Positions 42,520-53,059 of a DNA stretch of 64,000 bases are shown one piece after another (position 1 is the first letter of the stretch; each line of letters opens with the position of its first letter). A program made the position numbers and the translations under genes. The notes beneath the pieces were generated by a model. The model ran no database searches. It worked only from the letters and a program-made list of their open reading frames with translations, and had not been told where the DNA came from. This DNA is from Microcoleus sp. GTDB lineage: Bacteria; Cyanobacteriota; Cyanobacteriia; Cyanobacteriales; Microcoleaceae. The stretch spans positions 5,056,001-5,120,000 of the forward strand of contig CP181291.1 in assembly GCA_052279835.1 (NCBI GenBank). Direction: 5' to 3'.

Positions 42520-42579
42520 GGTAATTCTACAACTCACATCATTTTCGGTTAGACTCAAAAAGGATAGGTCGGAGAGGTT

Positions 42580-42975
42580 TTATTTTAGAGAATCAACTAA
42601 TTTCTCAACTCGTGCTTTAATTTCATCTCTGACGCGGTGAAATGTTTCGATTGGTTGTCCGTCGGGATCGTCTAGTTGCCAATCTTGAAACACTTCTCGC
42701 AATACCCACGCTTCGGGTAAATTCACGCCGCAGCCGCACAGAGAAATTACGGCGTCGTAGTCTTCTGCATTGAATTCGCTTAATGGGTTGGATGTTTGAT
42801 CGGTGATGTCAATGCCGATTTCTGACATGACTTGAATTGCTGTGGGATGAACTCTGCTTGATTCTAACCCGGAACTGGTGACTCCAATCTTGCCGGCTCC
42901 GATGGTTTTAGCGAATCCTTCTGCCATTTGCGATCGGCAGGAGTTTCTTTTGCAGACAAACATTATTTTCTTCAT
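42580..42975 (-). CDS. arsC: Arsenate reductase (LMW-PTP fold, cyanobacterial glutaredoxin type)
   Basis: FVCKRNSCRSQMAEG, ISLCGCG, DWQLDDPDG. Confidence 0.92.
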   Translation of the reverse strand: MKKIMFVCKRNSCRSQMAEGFAKTIGAGKIGVTSSGLESSRVHPTAIQVMSEIGIDITDQTSNPLSEFNAEDYDAVISLCGCGVNLPEAWVLREVFQDWQLDDPDGQPIETFHRVRDEIKARVEKLVDSLK

Positions 42976-43010
42976 GGTAGTTGTTAGTTGTTAGTTGTTA
43001 GTTAGGGCCC

Positions 43011-43304
43011 CGGCGGTTAGAAACCGCGGCTACACAACCGAAGTCCACCTCCGTGGACTAAAGAGGAATTCTTGATTCTTTAACCCGCGGAGGCGGGTTT
43101 TGTTTGTGTAGCCGCGATTTCAATCGCCGGGTAATTCATTCGTCGGGTTTTGTTTGTGTAGTTGTTAGTTGTTAGTTAGGACTCCGGCGGTTAGAAACCG
43201 CGGCTACACAACCGAAGTCCACCTCCGTGGACTGAAGAGGAATTCTTGATTCTTTAACCCGCGAAGGCGGGTTTTGTTTCTTTAGCCGCGATTTCAATCG
43301 CTGG
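43011..43304. repeat. Two tandem copies of the ~120-bp element (43011-43129, 43185-43304), each preceded by GTTGTTA heptamers
   Basis: Near-identical to each other and to 42401-42519. Confidence 0.88.
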
Positions 43305-43322
43305 GTAATTCTTCACGCCCGG

Positions 43323-43970
43323 TTATTCCAGGGCGCGATTTGCAACGGCGATCGCCTCTTTGGCCGCTTTTTCCTGGCGTTCGCTGTAGCGATCGGTCAA
43401 ATAGTCAACTTCCTCCCGCAACAACAAAGTAAACTTATAAAGTTCCTCCATAACATCGATCGCCCGATCGCGAAAAGGCGAATCTTTCATAGTTCCATCC
43501 TCATGAAACTCCTGATAAGCCTTAGCAACAGAAGACTGATTAGGAATCGTAAACATCCGCATCCAACGACCCAATATTCTCAAAGTATTGACTGCATTAA
43601 AAGATTGGGAACCGCCGCTAACTTGCATCACCGCCAAAGTTCTACCTTGAGTCGGTCTCACGGCCCCGATACTTAAAGGAATCCAGTCAATTTGATTTTT
43701 CATGATGCCCGTAATATTGCCGTGCATTTCTGGACTAGACCATACCTGACCCTCCGACCACAGGCTCAATTCCCGCAACTCCTGAACCTTGAAATGAGTA
43801 TCGGGAACACTACCATAAATCGGTAATTCCAGAGGATTAAAAAACCGAACTTCTGCACCGAAATTCTCAATGATTCTCGCACATTCTTCTGCCAACAAAC
43901 GGCTATAAGAACGCTCCCTTAAAGAGCCATACAAAAACAAAATTCTCGGTTTGTGGGTAAAAGTTTTCAT
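43323..43970 (-). CDS. arsH: Arsenical resistance flavoprotein ArsH
   Basis: [42 protein letters not shown]. Confidence 0.95.
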   Translation of the reverse strand: MKTFTHKPRILFLYGSLRERSYSRLLAEECARIIENFGAEVRFFNPLELPIYGSVPDTHFKVQELRELSLWSEGQVWSSPEMHGNITGIMKNQIDWIPLSIGAVRPTQGRTLAVMQVSGGSQSFNAVNTLRILGRWMRMFTIPNQSSVAKAYQEFHEDGTMKDSPFRDRAIDVMEELYKFTLLLREEVDYLTDRYSERQEKAAKEAIAVANRALE

Positions 43971-43977
43971 GATGCTT

Positions 43978-44730
43978 TTAATTAAAATCCCGAAATCCGT
44001 TAGACAGTTCCCGATAAACTGCTACTGCTAATTGTGCTCCCCAAATCGGAGCAACCCAGTAAACCCAATGATGTTCCCAAATGCCCCCAACTAAAGCTGG
44101 ACCGAGAGAGCGTGCTGGATTCATACTTGCTCCGGTAATGGGTCCCATAAATGCAGCTTCTAATCCTACAGTTAAGCCTATTGCTATGCCCGCAAATCCG
44201 ATGTGAGCGCGCCTATCTAATCCTGAACCGAGGATAACAAACATTAAGATAAAAGTCAATACTGTTTCTAAGATTAGAGACTGTAACCAGTTACCATTTA
44301 GAGGAACTGTTGCACCGAGATTTGCTACTTTTCCTAAAGTAATTAGCAGCAGTTGAGAAGCTGCAATCGCCCCGGTACACTGGGCTAAAATATAAGGCAA
44401 AACACGTTTCTTTGGGAAAAACCCGCTTGTCCAGAAAGCTAATGTTACAGCCGGATTGAGGTGAGCGCTACTAATATGACCCGTAGCATAAATCATGGCG
44501 GCGACAACGGCTCCAAAGACAAAACTAATGCCTAAATGAGCGATCGCACCCTGGCTAATTTGGTTCACCATCACCGCGCCCGTACCCGCAAATACTAGAA
44601 TAAATGTACCTATAAATTCGGCGATCGCCTCTCTCCTCCACTCCGGTGAAAACAAGCTGCTGGCCATCTTAGAAACTGACTTGAACATTAATTTGTGCTG
44701 GTTTCGGATAAGTTCATGGACTTTACCCAA
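43978..44730 (-). CDS. MIP-family aquaporin/aquaglyceroporin, probable arsenite channel; start may be further downstream
   Basis: [25 protein letters not shown]; located in the ars cluster. Confidence 0.9.
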   Translation of the reverse strand: MGKVHELIRNQHKLMFKSVSKMASSLFSPEWRREAIAEFIGTFILVFAGTGAVMVNQISQGAIAHLGISFVFGAVVAAMIYATGHISSAHLNPAVTLAFWTSGFFPKKRVLPYILAQCTGAIAASQLLLITLGKVANLGATVPLNGNWLQSLILETVLTFILMFVILGSGLDRRAHIGFAGIAIGLTVGLEAAFMGPITGASMNPARSLGPALVGGIWEHHWVYWVAPIWGAQLAVAVYRELSNGFRDFN

Positions 44731-44756
44731 TCACATAACTAAGGGTACTCTCGCAT

Positions 44757-44823
44757 CATATCAAAAAAAATTGATATGTCAAGTCCCAAAAAAAAGCCAG
44801 AAGTCATCAACTAAATATTGATG
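44757..44823. promoter_or_regulatory. Candidate ArsR operator pair
   Basis: CATATCAA-N6-TTGATATG (44757-44778) and CATCAA-N7-TTGATG (44805-44823). Confidence 0.65.
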
Positions 44824-44825
44824 GG

Positions 44826-45188
44826 TTAATCTGCGTCGGAACAGTGCCGCGCGGGCCGGATCGGGATCAAGTGGCGGTAGTCCGATAGGTACTGTTCCAG
44901 GGCGACAAACTGCACTAGATTCAGGCTGTAGTAGATCCAGCGACCTTCTTGGCGGCTGCGGACTAAAGCTGCTTCCTTCAAGGTTTTGAGGTGGAAGGAG
45001 AGTTTAGACTGAGAGACTGCGAGTCGATCGCACAAATCGCAAACACACAACTCCTGTTCCCGCAGCAACTCCAAAATTTGAATCCGCAGGGGGTCAGAAA
45101 GTGCGTGAAACCCCGCAGCAATCACTTTACCAGAAGGAGGGGAATTTTCTCCTAAATCCGGTGTAATTGTAGAATTTTTCAACATCAA
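44826..45188 (-). CDS. arsR: ArsR/SmtB-family repressor
   Basis: ALSDPLR, ELCVCDL metal-binding motif, SQSKLSFHLK, EGRWIYYSL. Confidence 0.9.
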   Translation of the reverse strand: MMLKNSTITPDLGENSPPSGKVIAAGFHALSDPLRIQILELLREQELCVCDLCDRLAVSQSKLSFHLKTLKEAALVRSRQEGRWIYYSLNLVQFVALEQYLSDYRHLIPIRPARHCSDAD

Positions 45189-45452
45189 TTATTTAGAATT
45201 TTCTACTCTGGGTGGAACATTAGTCAATCCGGCTTTTTGCATCAGCGAAAGCACACCTATAGATAAAATTCCCCCAATAATTGCCCCACTAACTATCAGG
45301 ATAATGAACAATTTTTGCAGAGTTTTTTTAGTAGCTGGGTGATAGCGTTTTGGCAATTCTCCATCCGCATCGTCGAGTCGATCGGGTTCTTGATTTAAGG
45401 GGTCTAGAGGATTGGATGGATTTGAATTAAAGGGATTCGGTAGTTGATTCAT
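45189..45452 (-). CDS. Small single-TM hypothetical protein
   Basis: 87 aa ORF with one hydrophobic helix, abutting arsR. Confidence 0.6.
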   Translation of the reverse strand: MNQLPNPFNSNPSNPLDPLNQEPDRLDDADGELPKRYHPATKKTLQKLFIILIVSGAIIGGILSIGVLSLMQKAGLTNVPPRVENSK

Positions 45453-45706
45453 GGCTGGGTTTGGTAAAATGAAGAATCTTCACAACTATCTTAGCTTGCC
45501 ATTTGCCATCGCAGCGTGAACGAACCTGACGGTCAGCGGAGTACCGCTAGACCGCAGGCTTCTATTTCCCTTTGTGCAAGGGCTTTTTTGATTAAAAAAA
45601 TCCAGGTACTCCCAGTTATGACCAGGGTGAAATATTTGTGCAGTGGACCGAGAAGTTTTGGAGCAAGCGATCGCGCTGGAATTACCAGATGTTGAATATT
45701 CAGTAT

Positions 45707-46384
45707 CTATGATTGCTCTGCTTTCGACAAACGGTCGAGAGAAATAGTTGCCGCTTCAGATACTTGAGAATTGCTATCTTTTGCCAAATATTTCAAGGCC
45801 GAAATGCTTTTGGGACTGTTTAAATTTCCCAAGGCTTCGGCTAGCCGCTGACGAATTAGCCAATCTTCTGACTGAGCAAAATTCAGCAGGCGATCGATCG
45901 CCTCAATTGCCTTAATTTCCCCCAAAGCTGAAATTGCAGCCTGCTGAATCACCACTTGTTCGCTTTCGAGAGCTTTCAGTAACACATCACGAGCCCGCGG
46001 ATCTTTGAGATTGCCCAGAGAAACCGCAGCACTGAAGCGCACCAGCCATTCAGTATCCTCGTAAAAAGCCCGCACCAAAGCATCAAAAGCTCTAATATCT
46101 TCCAGGTAGCCCAAAGCACCAGCAGCGTCAGCACGAATCCCGTAATCTGAGTCAGTTTCTAGCAATTTGACTAGAATGGGAAAGCATTCTGCCGTGGGTT
46201 TGATCCCAAGAGCAAACACAGCCATCGATCGCACCTGCAAACTTTCGTCGTTCAAAACCTTTTTAATCAAAGGCACCGCCACAGCGGCGGGTATATTCCG
46301 CAAGTTAGCCAAAGCCACCATCCGATCGGCTGAATTTTGGCTTTCTAACTTGGCTGCAATTTCCGTTAAGCTTAAAGTTGTCAT
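45707..46384 (-). CDS. HEAT/PBS-lyase repeat protein, NblB-like
   Basis: Repeats VRSMAVFALG, IRADAAGALG, WLVRFSAAVSLG, WLIRQRLAEALG. Confidence 0.8.
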   Translation of the reverse strand: MTTLSLTEIAAKLESQNSADRMVALANLRNIPAAVAVPLIKKVLNDESLQVRSMAVFALGIKPTAECFPILVKLLETDSDYGIRADAAGALGYLEDIRAFDALVRAFYEDTEWLVRFSAAVSLGNLKDPRARDVLLKALESEQVVIQQAAISALGEIKAIEAIDRLLNFAQSEDWLIRQRLAEALGNLNSPKSISALKYLAKDSNSQVSEAATISLDRLSKAEQS

Positions 46385-46535
46385 TAGCGGTAAAATTTTA
46401 GTAAAAATTTACATTTCCCTGGTTTTCATTATAGGCGATCGTTGATAAGCAGTCAAAAACCTGTCTATAATTGTCTGTATCTTATGACTTTAGAGAGGTT
46501 ATACCTATTCAAATTTGTGTATAATTTGATCGATA

Positions 46536-46828
46536 AAAAAATTGAGTAAAACGCAGTGGAGAAACCGTAACCAGCAAATCGGAAACCATCACTTAGGGGT
46601 CATCCCCCCTAAAAAAGCTCATACATTTTACTCCTAAATTGCCAAGTAAAATGCTCGAATTCGCCAACCAACGGCGAAACTTATACAATAAAACCACAAC
46701 GGAGATTAGCCGGAAGTCTACTCGCATTCGGCTCGAAGATGGGAAAATCTCCGGGATGATTGCTAATCATAAATTAGCGTCGGCTGTCTGTGATTGTGAC
46801 TTTGACAATTTCCGCCCTAGGTTGGTGT
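46536..46828 (+). pseudogene. Decayed internal TnpB fragment
   Basis: KLSKTQWRNRNQQIGNHHLGV..FYS*IAK*NARI, frameshift, ANQRRNLYNKTTTEISRK..RLEDGKISGMIANHKLASAVCDCDFDNFR. Confidence 0.7.
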
Positions 46829-46888
46829 TACACAACAGACAAAACGCCTATCAGCAGTTAGCTGCGTTCCGACAACCCGCGATGTACT

Positions 46889-49340
46889 ATGCCATTTTAC
46901 CACCCGCCTTTTTACTCCTCAGCATTAGAACAAGCGATCGACCGCTACCCCCTAACTGCTGGGCCAGACACTTCGTTAGTAGTGGCGATCGCGCTGATGA
47001 GTCAGTTGCAAAACAGTTGTCCCCTACCCAAGACACCTTTACCCTCAGACCGCGGGGTATTACAGGAATTAGCACCATCGGAAAAAATGCGAGCACGATG
47101 CGTGTTGGTGGTGCATAACCACCAAATGGCAGCCGCGGGAAATTTATCAGAAAACCCAAGTCGAGGGCTATTGATCGGAATATTAACTCCCGCCGACCTA
47201 GTGCGGCTAATCGCTTCTGGCAAAATAGACACTCAGAAAAAAGTAGCCCTCCGCAAAATACCGATTTCCGAAGTGATGTCCCCCGTGTCAGTCTCCCTGA
47301 CAGAATCCGACGATCAAGACGTGTTCGCCGCTTTATCCTTATTTCGCCAACACGGAATTCGCTATTTGCCGATCGTAAATCAATTCCGCCACTTGGTAGG
47401 AGTCCTGACGAGAGAAAGAATTCGGCAAGTCTTACAACCTTCCAATATTCTGAAATTGCGACGAGTTGCAGAATTAATGACTACGCCCATCACAGCACCC
47501 CACACCGCATCGCTGTTGACCATAGCGCAACTGATGTCACAACATCAAGTTAGTTGCGTAGTGATTACCAAAAATAAAGAATTAACAATGGAGAAACCCA
47601 AAAATGACCATACCTCCATTTTTCACTATTCTTTTCAGCAACCCCTAGGCATCATTACCGAATACGACATTGTACAAGCACAGTTTCTCGAACTAGATTT
47701 CGAGCAAACCGCAGTGCAAAAAGTCATGGTCACTCCCCTGCTACTGATCAAACCAGCCGATTCCCTGTGGACGGCCCACAAACAAATGCAGCAGGAACAA
47801 GTACAGCGATTAGTGGTGTGCGGAGGACGGGGAGAACTGTTGGGAATTATTACCCAAACTAGCTTGTTGAGAGTCCTAGACCCAACAGAAATGTACAGAG
47901 TTGTCAAACAGTTGCAGCACTCAGTTTATCAACTCCAAGCCGAAAAAGTCGAACTCCTCCAAAGCCGCAATGCCAAACTCGAACAACAGGTGCGGGAACG
48001 AACAGCCAAACTGCACGAACAAGTACAGCGCGATCGACTTTTGACTCAGATTGCTTTGCGGATTCACCAATCCCTAAACCTGGAAGAAATTCTCCACGCC
48101 AGCGTCGATGAAGTGCGCCAAGTTTTGCAAGCAGACCGGGTAGCCATCCTGCATTTAGAGTCGAGCAATTCCGGCATTGTAGTAGCAGAATCCGTAGCCG
48201 AAGATTGGTCTTCAATATTGGGAGAAATTTTTCCAGATACTATGTGGCAAGAAGGTGAATCGGTTCAGGAACAACAAATTTATGCGGTTCCCCAGATTGA
48301 CCAAGCTACTTTGAGTCCCGAAAAATATGCGAGGTTCCAGAAAGCACAAATCAAAGCTTATTTAATAGTACCCATTTTACAAGACAGCAATTTGTGGGGG
48401 ATGATGTGCGTCCACCAATGTTCCAATTCTCGACAGTGGCAGTCTTCAGAAGTCGATTTGTTATTGCAATTGGCAACTCAAGTGGCGATCGCGATTCAAC
48501 AAGCCCAACTATACCAGCAGGTGCAGAACCTCAACACCGACCTCGAACGCCAAGTTCAAGAACGCACCGCCGAATTGCAACAAAAAGTTCACGAACTCCA
48601 GCACTTAAACATCATCAAAGATGAATTTCTCAGCACAGTTTCCCACGAACTACGAACACCTTTAGCTAATATGAAAATGGCTATTCATATGCTGAAAGTT
48701 TCTCCCACTCAAGAGCGACGCCAAGTTTATTTAGAAATTTTGGAAAAAGAATGCACTAGAGAAACAGACTTGATTAATGCTTTGCTAGATTTGCAGCGAC
48801 TGGAAGCAGCAGCTTGTCCGATCGACCTCGAACCAGTAAACTTACAAGTCTGGCTACCTAACATTATTGAACCATTCTACACCCGCGCCCAAAACCGCCA
48901 CCAACATTTAGTAGTAGAGTTCGCTACCAACCTCCCCACGATCAACTCAAACCGCGCTAGTTTGGGCAGAATTTTAGCAGAAACTCCTAAATAATGCCTG
49001 CAAATATACCGCCAATGAAGGCGAAATTGCTCTCAGGGTGAAGTCCAAAGGTATCAAGAAGAAACCAGGAAAACCAGCAAGTGTTTTAAAACCAGAAATT
49101 GAATTTACCGTCAGAAATGAATCGGAAATTCCCAAGGAGGAATTACCTCGGATCTTTGAGAAATTTTATCGCGTTCCCAATGCCGACCCCTGGAAACAAG
49201 GTGGCACAGGTTTGGGTTTAGCTTTAGCCCAAAAACTTGTCGAACAATTGGAGGGGAAAATAGAAGTTGAAAGCGGCAATGGCAACACTACTTTTACTGT
49301 CACATTTCCGGCCAATCCCGATCGCCCATTGGTAAATTGA
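46889..49340 (+). pseudogene. CBS-GAF histidine kinase split by a +1 frameshift at ~48983 (or a sequencing error)
   Basis: SHELRTPL H-box in the first ORF; removing one A restores ILAELLNNACKYT in frame with 49038-49340 (GGTGLGL). Confidence 0.8.
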
Positions 49341-49439
49341 ATTTTATGCACAAGAAACAGCGAAGCTGTCAATTGCATCTACAACATTTCACCATAAATC
49401 ATTATACGATCTGGATGTTCCCAAGCTGACTACATAAGT

Positions 49440-49577
49440 CTTCTTCCTTCTTCCCTCTTCCTTCTTCCCTCTTCCTTCTTCCATCTTCCCTCTTCCCTCT
49501 TCCCTCTTCCATCTTCCCTCTTCCTGAATTTCCCCCCTTGGGGGGGGCAGGGGGGGGTGACTTCTTCCTTCTACTTA
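49440..49577. repeat. (TTCCCTC)n heptamer tract followed by a C-run/G-run repeat unit
   Basis: Pyrimidine tract 49440-49525; 49531-49577 is identical to 53144-53190. Confidence 0.85.
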
Positions 49578-51011
49578 GCCCATTTCATTCTCGGCTTTTT
49601 TTTCTTTCAGTTTCAACAATATTTCATCATGAACTTCGCGAGTAATTGGATAAAAATATGTTAAAATCATGCCGATAATTAAAGCAATTGTTGGCAAAGG
49701 TCCGATCGCCACTCGAATGGCAAACAGTGCAGAATCCGGCTGTATAGGTGGTTCCTGTCCCTGAAGTGTAGGCAGAAATCCAGCTACTTCTAAGGCCTGC
49801 CCCACAAACCACAAACCGATCGCCAATCCAATTTTTTGTAACAACACCATAAACGAATAGAACACACCTTCGCGTCTTTGTCCAGTCTGTAACTCATCCA
49901 GTTCAATCACATCCGGTATCATCGACCAAGGTACTAAATAAGCAGTAGAAACTCCCACACCAGCCATCACTGCCAGAAAATACATCAATCCTACTTGTCC
50001 TGGTTGCAAGAAAAACAGTCCAGCTTGGGCAATAATCCACAAACTCATGCCCATAAAATATACAGCTTTTTTGCCGTATCTTTCGCTAACTTTACTCCAA
50101 ACAAACAACATAGCCAGTGCAGTACCTTGAACGGCGATCGCAGTTTGGGTAAAAGCTGCTGGCGGCTGTTTCATCCAGTCGATCACAAAATAAGGCAAAA
50201 TAGAAGCAGTTAATTGCACTCCCAACCAAGAACAGAGATAAATGCCAATCACGTACAAAAAAGGGCGATTATTAAATGCAATCCTTAACTGTTCTTTCAA
50301 CCCCAAAGATGTAGAATCATCTTCTACTACAGGATTTTCTTGCAGTTGAGCAAAGACGTGTTTCCGAGTTCCCAAAAAGCACCAATATAAAGGTAATACT
50401 GAAATCACCGTACAGACAGCACCTAATATTAAGTATTTTTGGGTATTGTCTTTAACTAAGGCAAAGATAATTTGGGCTAAAATTAGTGACAGAATGCTGC
50501 CACCGATAGAGAAACTAAACCGAAAACTATTCAGGCTAGTGCGTTCGTTATAATCTTGGGTTAATTCTGGCGTAAGTGCAGTGTATGGCAGATTAACAGC
50601 CGTGTAAGCAGTGTTGAATAGAATCGCGATAATTACATAGTACCAAAACAGTATGGTGGGATTTTCGCTAGGAACAATCCACTGCAAAAAGAAGAAAATC
50701 CCAAAGGGAATTGCACCGTATACCATCCAAGGATACCGACGGCCCCAGGGGTGAGAGGTGCGATCGCTCAACACCCCCACAATCGGATCGTTTACAGCGT
50801 CCCACACCTTCCCAATCAGTAAAATGTTGCTAGCAGTACCAGGAGCCAAACCAGCCACACTGGTAAAAAATAATAATAGGAAAAATACCAGAATATTCGC
50901 CGTGATAGCTGGGCCGAGGTCTCCCGCACCGTAGGCTAATTTGGTCGAGAAACTGAGTTTTTTTGCTTCGTGGCTGTTGGGGGCTCGCTCAGAAGGGGCA
51001 GTGTTGCTCAT
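49575..51011 (-). CDS. MFS transporter, GPH (MelB-like) family
   Basis: KLAYGAGDLG, WDAVNDPIVGVLSDRT..WGRRYPW, ERTSLNSFR, GQRREG. Confidence 0.9.
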   Translation of the reverse strand: MSNTAPSERAPNSHEAKKLSFSTKLAYGAGDLGPAITANILVFFLLLFFTSVAGLAPGTASNILLIGKVWDAVNDPIVGVLSDRTSHPWGRRYPWMVYGAIPFGIFFFLQWIVPSENPTILFWYYVIIAILFNTAYTAVNLPYTALTPELTQDYNERTSLNSFRFSFSIGGSILSLILAQIIFALVKDNTQKYLILGAVCTVISVLPLYWCFLGTRKHVFAQLQENPVVEDDSTSLGLKEQLRIAFNNRPFLYVIGIYLCSWLGVQLTASILPYFVIDWMKQPPAAFTQTAIAVQGTALAMLFVWSKVSERYGKKAVYFMGMSLWIIAQAGLFFLQPGQVGLMYFLAVMAGVGVSTAYLVPWSMIPDVIELDELQTGQRREGVFYSFMVLLQKIGLAIGLWFVGQALEVAGFLPTLQGQEPPIQPDSALFAIRVAIGPLPTIALIIGMILTYFYPITREVHDEILLKLKEKKAENEMG

Positions 51012-51120
51012 AAGCTGTGATTTGGCGGTTATTTGACCGGCGCAGTCTTGGTACTAGGAGTATAACTCGCTATTCGTCCTCTGAGTCAGTTTACTTGAGC
51101 GAACTGGACAAATTTCAAAA

Positions 51121-51183
51121 ATTGGTAATTGGTAATTGGTAATTGGTAATTGGTAATTGGTAATTGGTAATTGGTAATTGGTA
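51121..51183. repeat. STRR heptamer tract (ATTGGTA)x9
   Basis: Nine perfect copies. Confidence 0.95.
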
Positions 51184-51358
51184 AACTGAGTTTGATTAAA
51201 TAAAAAAGTAAGCGACACCCTTGAGAATATCGCTTACTATCAGGAAATATGGGTATCAAATGCTTAAGTCTATAGGAAATAGCACTCCCATTTTTAACAG
51301 CTTTCTGCTGTATTGAATCTCATTGAAAATTAATATTTCACGAGTTCCCAACCTTAGC

Positions 51359-51769
51359 TTACGCAGGAAGCAAAACAGTATCAATGATATGAATAACACC
51401 GTTATCAACAGCCACATCCGGTGTGGTAACAGTAGAATCATTAATCTTGACGCCCTTAGAAGCATCAATTTTCACAGTTGAACCTTCTACAGTAGTAGCT
51501 GACTTCAACTTCACCACATCCGCAGCCATCACTTTGCCAGAGACAACATGATAAGTCAGAATTTTTGTCAGCTTCGGAATATCCTTAAGCAAAGCGTCTA
51601 CAGTACCTTCAGGAAGCTTAGCAAAAGCTTCGTCAGTAGGCGCAAACACTGTGAAAGGGCCAGGGCCTTTGAGGGTATCAACTAAACCAGCAGCTTTGAC
51701 GGCAGCAACTAGGGTTGTGAAAGAACCAGCCTGAACGGCAGTATCAACAATGTCAGCCAAGAGAGTCAC
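51359..51769 (-). CDS. Fasciclin (FAS1) domain protein; likely start TTG at 51760
   Basis: [29 protein letters not shown]. Confidence 0.92.
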   Translation of the reverse strand: MTLLADIVDTAVQAGSFTTLVAAVKAAGLVDTLKGPGPFTVFAPTDEAFAKLPEGTVDALLKDIPKLTKILTYHVVSGKVMAADVVKLKSATTVEGSTVKIDASKGVKINDSTVTTPDVAVDNGVIHIIDTVLLPA

Positions 51770-52021
51770 CTATTTTTGTAATCTGTTTATCAACATAACG
51801 CTAAAAAGTAAATTTAGCTACCTAATTTGTTATATCTTTAGTTTAGTTTTTTATGAAAATTATTTTCAATAAATACCTCTCTTAAGATAGATGACATAAT
51901 ATCGTTTATCTGAAATCTTAGAAATACATAAAAAGTTCAATAAAGGCAACATATTACTTTTATCTTCATTGATAAATCTGGATCTAAACTAGGAATAGTC
52001 AACAACTAACTAGAGAGTGAC

Positions 52022-53059
52022 ATGAGATACAAACTATTGGGTAATAGCGGATTGCGTGTTTCCGAAATTTGTCTAGGGACTATGACTTTTGGGGAAGAAT
52101 GGGGTTGGGGAGGTTCCTACAACGAAAGCAGCAAAATGTTCGATTGCTTCGCAGAAGCAGGTGGCAATTTCATCGATACCGCGAACCTCTACACCAACGG
52201 TACTAGCGAAAAATACGTGGGCGATTTCATTGCAGCCGATCGCGAAAAATGGGTAGTAGCTACCAAATACAGTCTGAACATGAAAAATGGCGAAGTCAAC
52301 GGTTTCGGCAACCACCGCAAAAACATGGTGCAAGCAGTAGAAGCCAGCTTGAAACGACTGCAAGTTGACTACATTGATTTACTGTGGCTACACGCCTGGG
52401 ACTTTACAACACCAGTCGAAGAAGTCATGCGGGCTTTTGACGATTTAGTCCGCGCCGGCAAAGTTTTCTACATCGGCATTTCCGATACACCAGCTTGGAT
52501 TATTTCTCAAGCAAATACGATCGCCCATTTCCGCGGCTGGACACAATTTGTCGGTCTACAAATAGAATACTCCTTAAAAGAACGAACTCCCGAACGAGAT
52601 TTACTGCCAATGGCAAAAGCCCTAGACATTGGCGTGACTGCTTGGAGTCCCCTAGCAGGCGGTTTGCTGACAGGAAAATACAACTCTTCCGAAACCGCTA
52701 GCGAAGCCAAGCGATTGGATTCAACAGCAGCAGGGAAAATTAGCGAACGCGACTTAAAAATCGCTGGAGAAGTTAGCAGCATAGCAGCCGAAATCGGCAA
52801 ATCACCTTCTCAAGTAGCCCTGAATTGGTTGCGGCAGCAGTCAGTAGGAGTAATCCCGATTATTGGTTCTCGCAAAGTCACGCAACTTCAAGAAAATCTG
52901 TCTTGTTTGGAGTTTGAATTAACCCCGGAACAAATGGAGCGATTAAACGCAGTCAGTGCGATCGAATTGGGTTTTCCCCACGACTTTTTACAAAGTTCAA
53001 TGGTACAAGATTTTGCCTTTGGAGGCGGACTCGCAAAAATTAATAATCACCGCATTTAA
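52022..53059 (+). CDS. Aldo/keto reductase
   Basis: LGTMTFG, FIDTANLY, ATKY, SLKRLQVDYIDL, WSPLAGG. Confidence 0.92.
   Translation: MRYKLLGNSGLRVSEICLGTMTFGEEWGWGGSYNESSKMFDCFAEAGGNFIDTANLYTNGTSEKYVGDFIAADREKWVVATKYSLNMKNGEVNGFGNHRKNMVQAVEASLKRLQVDYIDLLWLHAWDFTTPVEEVMRAFDDLVRAGKVFYIGISDTPAWIISQANTIAHFRGWTQFVGLQIEYSLKERTPERDLLPMAKALDIGVTAWSPLAGGLLTGKYNSSETASEAKRLDSTAAGKISERDLKIAGEVSSIAAEIGKSPSQVALNWLRQQSVGVIPIIGSRKVTQLQENLSCLEFELTPEQMERLNAVSAIELGFPHDFLQSSMVQDFAFGGGLAKINNHRI

Noticed and set aside
42401..43304. Possible CRISPR or ncRNA array
   Set aside because: Units are ~120 bp with terminal inverted repeats and also occur as a half copy at ~2135; this fits a dispersed repeat
46639..47118. 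159-aa ORF as a functional gene
   Set aside because: The first part is decayed TnpB sequence and the rest overlaps the kinase in another frame
48030..48520. GAF of the CBS kinase as a photoreceptor
   Set aside because: No bilin-binding Cys-His motif (LSPEKY at the equivalent position)
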